From IMG/VR virus record IMGVR_UViG_3300036715_003254, positions 74,482 to 138,481 of that record: a stretch of DNA of 64,000 nt; one strand, 5' to 3'. Below the pieces are notes generated by a model. That model had not been told where the DNA came from. It ran no database searches and saw nothing but the letters and a program-made list of their open reading frames with translations. Numbering within the stretch: position 1 is the first letter of the stretch; every line of letters starts with the position of its first letter. Positions 28,743-38,715 of this stretch are shown here, piece by piece. The translations under genes were made by a program, and so were the position numbers. This stretch comes from a virus.

Positions 28743-30365
28743 TTACTGTATATTCACTTCTTTCTCAAAAAGGTCGAATTCTTGTTCTTGATATTCGGCT
28801 AGTCTTTCAAAAAAGTGTTTCAAACAATAATTTTGTTTCTTACCGTAACCACAGTCATCGACAATATCCCAAACTCCGACTTTGTCTTTACTATCGTGTA
28901 GCCTTAGCATACGTCCTATACTTTGAAGAAGTCTTATAGAAGATTTTGTACTTTCTCCTAGTATCAGGTGTCTTAGCTTTTTTATATTTACGCCTGTACT
29001 CATAGTAGCGTAAGAAGCGAATAGTATCGCATTATCGTACTGTTCAAGAATTCTTCTGATATACTCTCTCTGTTTTTCGTCAACAGCACCGGTTACAACG
29101 AAAATTTGAAGTTCTTCAAGAGATTTAACTTTTCCATATACTTCTTTGTATTGGCTTGCGTATTCAGTTCCTGATAGAAGTCTTTTAATTTTAGCCTCAT
29201 CTACTTGATCATTTACATAAATCAGGTCTTTCTTCGATATTATAGCCGAAAGAAGCTCATTCTTAGTCAATTTAAAAATGAATTCAGCAGACTCTCCGAC
29301 TCTTTGTTTAATCGTTTCCTTTACAAGAGGAACTCCGTGATTTTCTACTTTAGAAAAAAGACAAAGAGTATTTCCCTGTTTAGAAATTTTATCAGCAAGC
29401 TTAACTATAAATTTCTTTCGGTTTGAGTATTCATTCAAAAATTGATTTTCTTTTTGATATTCCATTTTTAAAACGGCTTTACAAACATCGTCAGGATATT
29501 TCAAAAATAGAGCATAAATTTCTACAGGAGTAGCAAGACCCATCTCAATCAGTTTCTTAGTAGTCAAATACCTCTTACTTTGTCCTAAAGCGCCCTCAAG
29601 ATACATTTTGCTTATATACTCTTCCGGAAGTGTTCCTGTCAAACCTATTCTGTAAGGTGTATTACTAGCAGATATTACTACGTCTTTCAAACTTTGGGCA
29701 GCACAACCGTGAGCTTCATCTACTAAAATACAATGAATGTCTTCAAACAGCTCTTTTGATTTATAGATTGACTGCCAAGTTGTTATAGTGATAGGCTTCT
29801 CGAAATGTTTTTCTTTTCCAGCACAAATTTGGTGAACATAATTTTCCAAATCTTTAAAGCCGTAATCTCTAAAATCAGAATACATTTGATTCACAAGCAT
29901 AACATTTGGAACAATAAGAACTGTCTTCTTATTCCAAGCCATCATAAACCTACTAATAATGTAGATTACCAAAGATTTACCTGAGCCTGTTGGTAGAAGA
30001 ACGGTCTTTCTTCTCTCATTTAAAGTTTCAAGAACGGCGTCGATTTGATAATCGAACGGTGTCATAGGTATATTAAGAGTCTCTATAAATGAAAGCAATT
30101 TTTCTCTAGTAATAATCGGCTCTGGAAGTGAAATTTTTAGATCGAATTTTTCCGCTAGCCTCTGTTCTAAACCTTTAGGGAATATGATATTTTGATTTTC
30201 ATCTACCATATAGAGTTTTTCTCTACCATCCCATAGTCTTGCTCTAACTCTAGGATGAAACCTGTAATTAGGTATATATGGAGAAAGAAAGTCCATTATG
30301 GCTACTTTCTTGTCCATATCATCTATTACTACACGGCTATAACTTTCATTTACATATTCTATCAA
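28743..30365 (-). CDS. uvsW: DNA helicase UvsW
   Basis: PTGSGKS, TTWQS, DEAH, GLTGT, QSIGRMLR. Confidence 0.95.
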   Translation of the reverse strand: MIEYVNESYSRVVIDDMDKKVAIMDFLSPYIPNYRFHPRVRARLWDGREKLYMVDENQNIIFPKGLEQRLAEKFDLKISLPEPIITREKLLSFIETLNIPMTPFDYQIDAVLETLNERRKTVLLPTGSGKSLVIYIISRFMMAWNKKTVLIVPNVMLVNQMYSDFRDYGFKDLENYVHQICAGKEKHFEKPITITTWQSIYKSKELFEDIHCILVDEAHGCAAQSLKDVVISASNTPYRIGLTGTLPEEYISKMYLEGALGQSKRYLTTKKLIEMGLATPVEIYALFLKYPDDVCKAVLKMEYQKENQFLNEYSNRKKFIVKLADKISKQGNTLCLFSKVENHGVPLVKETIKQRVGESAEFIFKLTKNELLSAIISKKDLIYVNDQVDEAKIKRLLSGTEYASQYKEVYGKVKSLEELQIFVVTGAVDEKQREYIRRILEQYDNAILFASYATMSTGVNIKKLRHLILGESTKSSIRLLQSIGRMLRLHDSKDKVGVWDIVDDCGYGKKQNYCLKHFFERLAEYQEQEFDLFEKEVNIQ

Positions 30366-30811
30366 AACTGCCCCAATTCAATAGCTAATTTTTTTAGTTC
30401 TATCCAATTCTTAATATCAAACCTTGTAGATTCAAGATTCTTTTTCATATCAATAAGCATCTCAATATAGGAAGACAATTCTTTCATCGAAGATTGAATA
30501 GATAAAAGAGAGGAGTCTCTTTCTAGGAATTCCTTCACTTCAGAATTGTTGAGCTTTATATTAAATTCGAATTTATAATAAGAATACCTTAAAGCTTCAG
30601 TCTCCTTATAGTATGTTTCCAATAAGTATAATCTTCTTTTTAGTCTTCCTATAAAGTCAATTATTTTAGCTACAAAAAGAGGAGCTGATTCAACAAATTC
30701 GTCGAATTTCTTTTGTTCAAGAAGAGAGCAAATTTCTTTATTTTTATCTAGAAATTTTTGTACTTGTTCTGATACTATTTCTAGATTCAAAATTTTTTCA
30801 TTTAATGCCAT
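30362..30811 (-). CDS. uvsY: Recombination mediator UvsY-like
   Basis: Position next to uvsW; C-terminal FDIKNWIE motif. Confidence 0.7.
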   Translation of the reverse strand: MALNEKILNLEIVSEQVQKFLDKNKEICSLLEQKKFDEFVESAPLFVAKIIDFIGRLKRRLYLLETYYKETEALRYSYYKFEFNIKLNNSEVKEFLERDSSLLSIQSSMKELSSYIEMLIDMKKNLESTRFDIKNWIELKKLAIELGQF

Positions 30812-32132
30812 CTATCTCTTCTTTCCACATATCTTCTAGGGATTTATCTTTATACTCTTTATATTCTTCAGCAAGCTTCTTTAAGCTTTTTAGAAGCTCT
30901 TCTTGTTTTTCTGGTGTCAAAGACCAAATTGGCATAGAAAGAAGTATATCGGTTTTGTCGGAAGCAGAAGGAAGTAATTCTTCAATCTTATCCACAATAT
31001 ATTGTTTAGATTTTCCATTGACTTCAATTTTTCCTTTTATAATAAGTTCTATGAAACGATATTTAGCTTCTAGTAAATCGACTTCCCTTTTTATTTTTCC
31101 TATTATAGCTTCTTTTCGTTTAAACATATATTCTAGTTTTATAGATATATATCTCTCTAGAATGTCTTCTACACTTTCGAATGTTTCAACTCTATTATGT
31201 TCGTTTAGACAAGTATAGTTTTCAGTTACCTTTTGAATTAGCTTCAAGTCATCAAGAATTTTTTCCTTAGTTTGTTGAGTGAATTTTCTATCACACTTAA
31301 TATGAAATTTGAATGTGTCTTTTTTAGAGTCGCTCAGGTCTGTATAAGACTTTATCACTCCTTTTTCTTCAAGAGTGTTTAGTACCTTCACATATTTTTC
31401 TAGGTCGTAGTTTAAAGGTATTTCTGTAATCATTAGCTCTGTTTGTGACAGAACATCAACCTTACCTATAATAGAGAAAGATTTTTCTCCAGTTTGAATA
31501 ATATCACCTTTAAATCCAGAATAATAAGGAATTAGAAGCGTAGAGTCTTTAGTTCCATCTTTAAGATACTTTTCAATCCATTTCTTCAAGTTTTCTGGGT
31601 TTCTAGGAAGAATTTTTTGAGCATAACCATTACCTATACCTTCAGAGCCGTTAATTAACAAAATTGGTAGTGTTGGAACGAAAAATCTAGGCTCAATTTT
31701 TTCGCCCTCGAATGTTTGTTGAATTAATACATCATTATCTTCCTTCAAGAACAACTTGTCCATAATAGGAGACTTACAGGTAAATATATACCTTGCTTCT
31801 GATGCTTCATTATTATGTCTAAATCCGAAAGAAGCCTCTGGAAGAATAAGATTGATGTTATTTGCTCCAACAAAATCTTGAGCTAAACCTACTATAACAT
31901 CATACATAGATTTTTCGCCGTGTAAATAGGAAGTTTCACCTATTACTTTACTACCTAGAGTCGAAACCTTAATTTTTTCTTTAATATTATTCTTTAACAT
32001 AGTATAAACAACTTTCCTACTTGACGGCTTTAAACCATCAACTACACTAGCGAGTTTCCTATAATTGTCGTAAACTGAAAAGAGTACATAATCATTATCA
32101 AAGAATTCTGTTATTTTTTGAGTTTTCATCAT
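30798..32132 (-). CDS. gp52: Type II topoisomerase, GyrA/ParC-like subunit
   Basis: DGLKPSSRK, YLHGE, ARYIF catalytic Tyr. Confidence 0.95.
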   Translation of the reverse strand: MMKTQKITEFFDNDYVLFSVYDNYRKLASVVDGLKPSSRKVVYTMLKNNIKEKIKVSTLGSKVIGETSYLHGEKSMYDVIVGLAQDFVGANNINLILPEASFGFRHNNEASEARYIFTCKSPIMDKLFLKEDNDVLIQQTFEGEKIEPRFFVPTLPILLINGSEGIGNGYAQKILPRNPENLKKWIEKYLKDGTKDSTLLIPYYSGFKGDIIQTGEKSFSIIGKVDVLSQTELMITEIPLNYDLEKYVKVLNTLEEKGVIKSYTDLSDSKKDTFKFHIKCDRKFTQQTKEKILDDLKLIQKVTENYTCLNEHNRVETFESVEDILERYISIKLEYMFKRKEAIIGKIKREVDLLEAKYRFIELIIKGKIEVNGKSKQYIVDKIEELLPSASDKTDILLSMPIWSLTPEKQEELLKSLKKLAEEYKEYKDKSLEDMWKEEIDGIK

Positions 32133-32144
32133 CTTCCTTAAATA

Positions 32145-33998
32145 TTACATTGCGTTGATATCGAATATTGTCTTATCTACTTCTGACTTTCTCAAATCTG
32201 AGTTCTTACTACCGAACCACAAATCCATTCTTTCCTTTGAGCCTTCATTATACTCTAGAGGGACAATAAACTTTTCAAATCCTCCAGCTTCGGAAAACAT
32301 AGCTTCAAGCTCATTAGGTTTGTTTGAACCAAGACCTTTTTTATAGTCAAAAGTAAGCCCGTGTTTTGGGTTGTTTCTGATAAAATCTACATAATCTTTC
32401 ATCTCTATAAAAAACTCTACAGGTTTATTGCCTTTAATACCAACTATAATAGGTGTTCTTAAATAGCAAATTTTACCATTCAGAAGCATATCAGGATAAA
32501 ACTTTTGACAGAAAACAAGTAGAAGCCCTCTAATTGATATTCCGTCCATATCAGCATCAGTAGCTATTACTATTGAGTCATATTTTTCAGAATTCTGAAT
32601 TGTCATAATATTTTGAAACTCGACATTTTCTCTTATTTTTTGCGCCGATTCTTCAAGAACATTTAATGGCTTTCCTTTAAGAGGGAAGAAACCAGACTTC
32701 TCTCTACCTATAACTTTCGCAATAAGGTTAGTCGCCGAGTCGCCTTCTCCCAAGAACAAATACCTTTTCTCTTTTTGAGCGGAAACATACTTGTTTACCT
32801 TAACTCTTTTAACAACCTTTTCAGTCATACTTTGAAGAGCTTTTCTTTCTTTTAGCTCTTCTTTAATTTTGTGTGTTTCTATAATAGGAAACATTATATC
32901 ATCATTTTTGAAAAGTTTTGTTACTATTTTGTCAAAATCTATTTCACCAAAATATTGTCTTAGCTCTGTTTTAGGATTGTCAAGCTTCTCTTTTGTTTGT
33001 CCGTCCCATTTCTTAGCTTTAAGGTCTTTCATAAGACAAACGATTTGAAGTTTGTTTTTAATATCTCCGTTTTTTATCTCTTTATATTTCTTAGAGACTT
33101 TCTCTCTTAATCCACTTACTATATTTTCCATCAGGTAATCAATATGAGTTCCACCAGAATTTAGTGTAAGACCATCTACTATGGAAAAATGTCTGAAGTC
33201 GTCGAATTCATTCGGAAAAATAGAGAACGAATACTTTCCAAAATTAAACAACTCAAAATTTTCACCGAAAGTTTTATAAAACTCTGTACCTTGAAGTTGA
33301 ATTTTCTTACCATTCAAGGTAAATTTAATTTTCGGGAAAAATAGTGATAGGTAATACAGTCTTTGTTCTATAAGATTAATATGAGTTTGATCAATATACT
33401 CTAGACCAAAGGCTTCTACATTCGGAACGAATGATACTGTTGTGCCTTTCTTAGTTGATTTTTTGACTTCTACTATCGGTTTTGAATCGCCTCCTGCGGA
33501 AGTAAGTGTTAACTGATTTTTTCCGTCAGCCGTTACGCCTATAAACTCTTTAGAAAACACTAGTGTAATAAAAGAGCCTACGCCGTTTGTTCCTCTTAGA
33601 ACGCTATCATCGTCATTATCGAAGTTGCTTCCTGCTCTTGCGTGACTCCAACAAAGTTCTGGAATGTAATATTTTCTTCCGTACTCATCTTCGCCGTATT
33701 CTACTGGAATACCATTTCCATTATCACTTACAATTACTCTTTTTTCATCTATTGTAATATCAATTTTATTTCCAACTATGAAATTATTTCTTTCGGCTTC
33801 GTCTACTGAATTGTCGATTATCTCATTGATGATTTTCAGAAGTCCAGGAACAAAAGAGACTTCTCTCATTGTATGTTTTCCGCCTTCTAGTACATACATC
33901 TCTTTTGTTTCAAGAGTTTTCGAGCCTAGATACATTCCTGAGCGTTGAAATATGTGTTGAGCTTCGGATAGTTTTCTGTGAGTAGGTTTTTTATTCAA
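32145..33998 (-). CDS. gp39: Type II topoisomerase ATPase/TOPRIM subunit (gp39+gp60 uninterrupted)
   Basis: EIIDNSVDE, DNGNGIP, EGDSA, PLKGK, TDADMDG, KGLGS. Confidence 0.95.
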   Translation of the reverse strand: MNKKPTHRKLSEAQHIFQRSGMYLGSKTLETKEMYVLEGGKHTMREVSFVPGLLKIINEIIDNSVDEAERNNFIVGNKIDITIDEKRVIVSDNGNGIPVEYGEDEYGRKYYIPELCWSHARAGSNFDNDDDSVLRGTNGVGSFITLVFSKEFIGVTADGKNQLTLTSAGGDSKPIVEVKKSTKKGTTVSFVPNVEAFGLEYIDQTHINLIEQRLYYLSLFFPKIKFTLNGKKIQLQGTEFYKTFGENFELFNFGKYSFSIFPNEFDDFRHFSIVDGLTLNSGGTHIDYLMENIVSGLREKVSKKYKEIKNGDIKNKLQIVCLMKDLKAKKWDGQTKEKLDNPKTELRQYFGEIDFDKIVTKLFKNDDIMFPIIETHKIKEELKERKALQSMTEKVVKRVKVNKYVSAQKEKRYLFLGEGDSATNLIAKVIGREKSGFFPLKGKPLNVLEESAQKIRENVEFQNIMTIQNSEKYDSIVIATDADMDGISIRGLLLVFCQKFYPDMLLNGKICYLRTPIIVGIKGNKPVEFFIEMKDYVDFIRNNPKHGLTFDYKKGLGSNKPNELEAMFSEAGGFEKFIVPLEYNEGSKERMDLWFGSKNSDLRKSEVDKTIFDINAM

Positions 33999-34107
33999 AC
34001 GACATCCTTTTTGCTTTTTTCCTGTTGTAAACTTTCTTTGATTTAACCGTAGTCTGATTCATCTTAATCTGTCTCTGATGAGAAAGAAGAATATTTAGAT
34101 CTCTCAT
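33991..34107 (-). CDS. Small basic protein (38 aa), not in ORF track
   Basis: MRDLNILLSHQRQIKMNQTTVKSKKVYNRKKAKRMSFE*, with AAGGA RBS and TATAAT promoter. Confidence 0.55.
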   Translation of the reverse strand: MRDLNILLSHQRQIKMNQTTVKSKKVYNRKKAKRMSFE

Positions 34108-34169
34108 TTCAAATTCCTTTTTGAATTTAACTATGAGAGAATTATATCTAAATAAACTTAAAAATTTCT

Positions 34170-35006
34170 TTAAAACATTCTAGAGGCTTTCATAATTTCT
34201 TTTGCGTAATCAAAATTCGGAGTTTTGCAGTATGTGTTTTGTAGTCCTCTAGCTATGGCAAAAAGGTTTGTACCACCGGAATATAATCTAGCATTTCTAG
34301 CAGCTTCTAACACTCTAGATGAGTTGTGAACTTCAAAATACCTAGCAACAGCAGCTTCTATACTAGGAAACCTTTGGACTTTATTAGGGTGTTTAACATC
34401 CATTATTCCCCACCAGTTATTAGCAGCCTTTCCAACCTTGTCAGAACCTAAACCTGTTTCAACTACAGCTTGAGCTAAAGCAAGTTTTACTGGAATTGGA
34501 TGTGCCTTTTTGATTATTTCTTCTTTGTCATCTAGAGAATTAAGACCATATTTCTTCATAAGAGGCTTTACTTCTTCTGGAGACTTAGCAGTTAGTAGCT
34601 TTCTTGAATCTTGTACTGTTTTCAAATTTTCTCTTTTTACTGCCTCTGAAAGTTGTATTACCTTCTTCGCTTGTTCAGGTTTCATTTGATTTAATTTGGA
34701 TTGCGGCGGCGTAGAATAATATATCGGCAAGACTTGTTTTAGCTCATTAATTTTTTTGTCTTTTTCTTGTATAACTTTTTCTTTTTCTTTGATGGTCATT
34801 TCTTTAGCCGATATAACAGCGTTCTTTTCCAAAATGATAGCGGCGCTTTTTGCGTTAAGCGATATAAGACCTACAATAAATGCAGTTAAAACAGAAGCAA
34901 TTAATCCTGAAACTAAGATTATGTTTCTTAATGTTTTCATTGGGTTTGTGTGTAAAGAATATAAAAGAGACTCTTTAGCTCTTTTGATTTTTTTCTTGAA
35001 TGACAT
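34170..35006 (-). CDS. Membrane-anchored GH73/Bax-like glucosaminidase
   Basis: TM helix, coiled coil, LALAQAVVETGLG..NNWWGI, C-terminal Y..(N/D)..Y. Confidence 0.75.
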   Translation of the reverse strand: MSFKKKIKRAKESLLYSLHTNPMKTLRNIILVSGLIASVLTAFIVGLISLNAKSAAIILEKNAVISAKEMTIKEKEKVIQEKDKKINELKQVLPIYYSTPPQSKLNQMKPEQAKKVIQLSEAVKRENLKTVQDSRKLLTAKSPEEVKPLMKKYGLNSLDDKEEIIKKAHPIPVKLALAQAVVETGLGSDKVGKAANNWWGIMDVKHPNKVQRFPSIEAAVARYFEVHNSSRVLEAARNARLYSGGTNLFAIARGLQNTYCKTPNFDYAKEIMKASRMF

Positions 35007-35261
35007 TTCGGCTCTCCTTTCTTTATACAACCAGAAATCTTGAGACTTAACTACAATAAATTTGTCTCGACTGGTTCTTATGTGTTAGGGTGTTCTTCCT
35101 TTTACTCCTTTAAGCAATTATACACATATTTTTATAAGGTAGTATTCTACCAACCACTTTGACGCATTTCCAATTCCTTTAATTTAGATAGATAATCTTA
35201 TCTAATTTTAAATTAAAGAAATCTTAAAAGAAAATCGGCTCATTTAAGAGCCGAGATCCTA

Positions 35262-35681
35262 TCACTTAATTTCTATTTTAGTGATTTCAGGTTTTTTAGG
35301 CTGTTTTGAAACTATTTTCAATCTCAAAACACCGTCGTCCATCTCTGCAGAAATGTTTTCTACTTCTTCAAGAAGCGTTAAAACTCTCTTGAAAGATTTA
35401 CTTGAAGATTGTTTCAAGAAGTATACATAGTCTTCAGAAACCTCTTCTTTTTTAGATTCTCCAGATATAATAATCTTACCTTCTTTCAGCTCGATATTAA
35501 TATCTTCTTTTTTGTAGCCCGCAATAAACAGCTCTACAATAGTTTCTTTCGTTTCTTTGTTTACTTTGATGTCAATAGCCGGAAATTCTTTTTTCGGCAT
35601 TTCTTTTACCGGAAATAGTCTACTTCCATCAAACATAGAATCGAAAAGTTTAAACGGATCTTCAAATCTTTTTTGTAGCAT
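35262..35681 (-). CDS. Small heat-shock protein Hsp20, copy 1
   Basis: FPAIDI, AGYKKEDINI, FKRVLTL, AEMDDGVLRL. Confidence 0.92.
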   Translation of the reverse strand: MLQKRFEDPFKLFDSMFDGSRLFPVKEMPKKEFPAIDIKVNKETKETIVELFIAGYKKEDINIELKEGKIIISGESKKEEVSEDYVYFLKQSSSKSFKRVLTLLEEVENISAEMDDGVLRLKIVSKQPKKPEITKIEIK

Positions 35682-35760
35682 AGTGTTTCTCCTTAAAAAG
35701 CGAGTATTTTTGGACTTACATCAACAACAAAGACCTGACTGTTGAATGCCAAAAATTATT
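35682..35760 (-). promoter_or_regulatory. ROSE-like RNA thermometer upstream of hsp20 copy 1
   Basis: CUCGCU-UUUUA-AGGAG pairing over the SD with a bulged G, preceded by a longer hairpin. Confidence 0.6.
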
Positions 35761-35804
35761 TTATCTATATTTAGTTTAACTATTTACACCAACTTTAGTA
35801 ATAG

Positions 35805-36245
35805 TTATTTATATGATGAATTTTGTTGTTTTTCTAACTGAAGCAATAGTGCTTTTAGTTTTGAAAATTTTGGAAATATTACCAATCTCAAAATATCACC
35901 ATCTAATTTCGCAGAAACCTCTTCAACTTTTTCATTGATCGTCAACACTCTTTTGAAAGTTTTACTTGCAGACTGTTTTAAAATACAAGCACAAGATTCC
36001 GGAAACTTTTCTTTCGCTTTACCTTTTATTATGATTTTATTTCTTTTCACTTTGACTTTAAGTTCTTCTTTTTTAAAGCCTTCAACTTTCAGTTCTACAA
36101 TAGTTTCTTCAGTTTCTTCGTTTACCTTTATATCAATAGGAGGGAATGCTTCCTTCGGTATATCTTTCATTGCGGCGACCTTTTGATATTCGTCAAGCCA
36201 AGAATCAAAAGGAGTAAATGGCTTTTTAGGGTTTTTTTGAGACAT
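35805..36245 (-). CDS. Hsp20, copy 2
   Basis: Paralog of copy 1. Confidence 0.9.
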   Translation of the reverse strand: MSQKNPKKPFTPFDSWLDEYQKVAAMKDIPKEAFPPIDIKVNEETEETIVELKVEGFKKEELKVKVKRNKIIIKGKAKEKFPESCACILKQSASKTFKRVLTINEKVEEVSAKLDGDILRLVIFPKFSKLKALLLQLEKQQNSSYK

Positions 36246-36298
36246 AATTTTCCTTTAAATGAAGTATTTCGGCGCTTAAATGAACCAATTTACTTTGT

Positions 36299-36643
36299 TC
36301 ACTTTAGATTAGATATTTTTGAAACTATTCTCATTTTCAAAACATCGCCTTTTAACTCAGCGAACACTCTTTCTACTTCTTCATAAAGCGTTAGAACTCT
36401 TTTAAAAGTTTTACTTGAAGTTTGTTTGTAGAAGTAAGCATAATCTTCAGGAAGCTCTTTTTCTATTTTTCCAGTTACAATTATTGACTTCCCTTCCACT
36501 CTGATGTCAATATCTTCTCTTCTAAATCCTGTAACAGACAACTCTACGACCGCTTCTCTCTTATCTCCGTATTCTAAAATACTCACAACTGAATATTTCT
36601 TTTCTTGACAATCGATATTTTCCAAACCAACAATTTGAAACAT
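36299..36643 (-). CDS. Hsp20, copy 3
   Basis: TGFRREDIDI..FKRVLTL..GDVLKM. Confidence 0.88.
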   Translation of the reverse strand: MFQIVGLENIDCQEKKYSVVSILEYGDKREAVVELSVTGFRREDIDIRVEGKSIIVTGKIEKELPEDYAYFYKQTSSKTFKRVLTLYEEVERVFAELKGDVLKMRIVSKISNLK

Positions 36644-36659
36644 AAATTCTCCTTTTTAA

Positions 36660-36995
36660 TTAGTAAATTTCTATTTTAGTCATTTTAGGTTTTTTCGCTA
36701 TTCTTGTAAATATTCTCATTTTCAGAATATCATCTTCCAAGTCGGCATAAACCTTTTCTACTTCTTCGTGAAGTGTAAGAACTCTTTTGAAATATTTGAT
36801 TGAAGACTGTTTTAGGAAATACATATTATCGTCTGGAATTTCTTTTTTCACTTCACCTATTATGGTTATTATATTTCCGTATATTTTGATACTAATATCT
36901 TCTCTTTTAAAACCTGTGACAACCATTTCTGCTGCTACTTCTCTAATTCTTCCGTCTTCCAAAATATTACAAAAAATGTATTCATTAGCACTCAT
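36660..36995 (-). CDS. Hsp20, copy 4
   Basis: TGFKREDISI..FKRVLTL..KIEI; start likely MSANEY. Confidence 0.85.
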   Translation of the reverse strand: MSANEYIFCNILEDGRIREVAAEMVVTGFKREDISIKIYGNIITIIGEVKKEIPDDNMYFLKQSSIKYFKRVLTLHEEVEKVYADLEDDILKMRIFTRIAKKPKMTKIEIY

Positions 36996-37059
36996 TTTTA
37001 ATCCTTTCTTGTGGTATAAAATTTTAATATAGTTTAATGTATTTAATACATCAACACCT

Positions 37060-37914
37060 TTACAGCAATGAACCTTGTACATATTTCTTAGTATTGTTCT
37101 TTTTATTTTCTGCTTGTAATTTCAGTTGTAATTTTTCTATTTCTGCTTCAAGTTTAGCTACAGTCTGTTCTTCATCATATACATATTCTGAAAATAGATA
37201 CTTATGGTCTTCTGGTAATACATTATACATAGCAGTTGCTAATTCTCTTATTTCCCACAAAGCAGAAGGACTAGTTCTTAGTTGTAGAAAATTTTGAAGT
37301 GCTCTAGCATTTATAGTATACACTAATTCTGTTTTATATGACTCTATAAGAGCATATTTTGATTTATCGTTTGATATTCCTTCTACTACAAGTTTTCTAA
37401 CTTCTTCTAGACCTCTAATACTAGCCAAATCTACTTCAGCAACACCTGTAATAACAATGTATTTTGATGCTCTCTTAATATGTTCTTCAGATCCATCTAC
37501 AGCTAAGAATGGTTTTTCATTTCTTAACTCTTTCAGAGTATATCTTGTCGATTTTACTGACATTGAAGCTATTCTGTGTCTAGCTAGTTCTTGTAGTAAT
37601 GCTCTACTAACACCAACAATATCAAAGCTATAAACAAGATGTTCTAGTGTAGATGAATGTTTGTTTTTATTTCCAACTCTATCTATTAAAAGTCTATCAT
37701 TTGGACCACATTCAGTAGTGCTTATATACATTTCACTATCACAGTCATCACAATAACCATAACCACTAGGAAAGCTAGATACTATATTAGTACTTCCACA
37801 TTTTACACATGTGTGTGTAGTTACAGTATCAGATTTATCTTGACTTTGCCAACATTTACGTATAGCATAAGAAGCTACCCAAAGTGGTGTATAGTGTAAT
37901 AGAGTAACTTTCAA
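37060..37914 (-). CDS. thyX: FAD-dependent thymidylate synthase with Cys4 insertion
   Basis: HSSTLEH, SRALLQELARHRIASMSVKSTRY, NARALQNFLQLR, ALWEIR. Confidence 0.95.
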   Translation of the reverse strand: MKVTLLHYTPLWVASYAIRKCWQSQDKSDTVTTHTCVKCGSTNIVSSFPSGYGYCDDCDSEMYISTTECGPNDRLLIDRVGNKNKHSSTLEHLVYSFDIVGVSRALLQELARHRIASMSVKSTRYTLKELRNEKPFLAVDGSEEHIKRASKYIVITGVAEVDLASIRGLEEVRKLVVEGISNDKSKYALIESYKTELVYTINARALQNFLQLRTSPSALWEIRELATAMYNVLPEDHKYLFSEYVYDEEQTVAKLEAEIEKLQLKLQAENKKNNTKKYVQGSLL

Positions 37915-38004
37915 AATTTATCCTTTTTATTTTTATTATAACTTTCTTTTGTTTAAATTTATAGTGGTCATTATTATCTTTACACTAGACCAAAGTTTAT
38001 TCTA

Positions 38005-38376
38005 CTATGAAAAATCGCCATAAATGAATGAATAACCTTCATTGTCAAGGAAACAGTTTTCTGCTTGTAGTCTTGCACCTATCTCACCTGCTTCAGCCTC
38101 ACTTTTTATATACTCACAATAGTTCATTTTATTTTTCTGATGTGATGTTACTAGAGATATAAACTCTGTTAGTTTTATTCTTCTTCTATACTCATCAAGT
38201 ATCATAGAATTAGATTTTTGAATATATTTTAGCCAATCCATAAATGATTTAATATCTACATTATCACCTCTAGCTCTTGAGTATCCTTGAAAAGTAAAAG
38301 TCCAACCTTTTGCTGTTTTACCTATATGTAATTCTTCACCTGTTCTTATTGATTTAGCATAATAATTATTACCCAT
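38005..38376 (-). CDS. Hypothetical phage protein
   Basis: MGNNYY..LHIGK..GW.F.F..I.DEY pattern seen in phage proteins. Confidence 0.6.
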   Translation of the reverse strand: MGNNYYAKSIRTGEELHIGKTAKGWTFTFQGYSRARGDNVDIKSFMDWLKYIQKSNSMILDEYRRRIKLTEFISLVTSHQKNKMNYCEYIKSEAEAGEIGARLQAENCFLDNEGYSFIYGDFS

Positions 38377-38391
38377 CTTTGTTCCTTCTTT

Positions 38392-38715
38392 TTAGTTTGA
38401 TATCTTTCTAGATACTTCTACATTTCGTTTTAATTCTTTTTCTATTAAAAGATCTCTTTTTTTATTATATCTTTCTCTTAGAGTAGCTAACTTTTTTGTT
38501 TCTCTTTCAACAAATTTTTCAAGTTTATTTCTTGTAATTATTTTCTCATCAAGTCTTATACCTTTTATACCATCTTCTATTTCTTTTATTTCCTTAGCTA
38601 TGGTATCGTTCCATTGAAGAAGTTCTTTTTGTTTTTTTCTTAATTCCTCTTCTCTTTCTTCTAATTCCTCAAGAATTTTAAGAATTGAATCTATTGTTGA
38701 AGTTCTTTTATTCAT
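38392..38715 (-). CDS. Coiled-coil hypothetical protein
   Basis: ORF with RBS. Confidence 0.55.
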   Translation of the reverse strand: MNKRTSTIDSILKILEELEEREEELRKKQKELLQWNDTIAKEIKEIEDGIKGIRLDEKIITRNKLEKFVERETKKLATLRERYNKKRDLLIEKELKRNVEVSRKISN

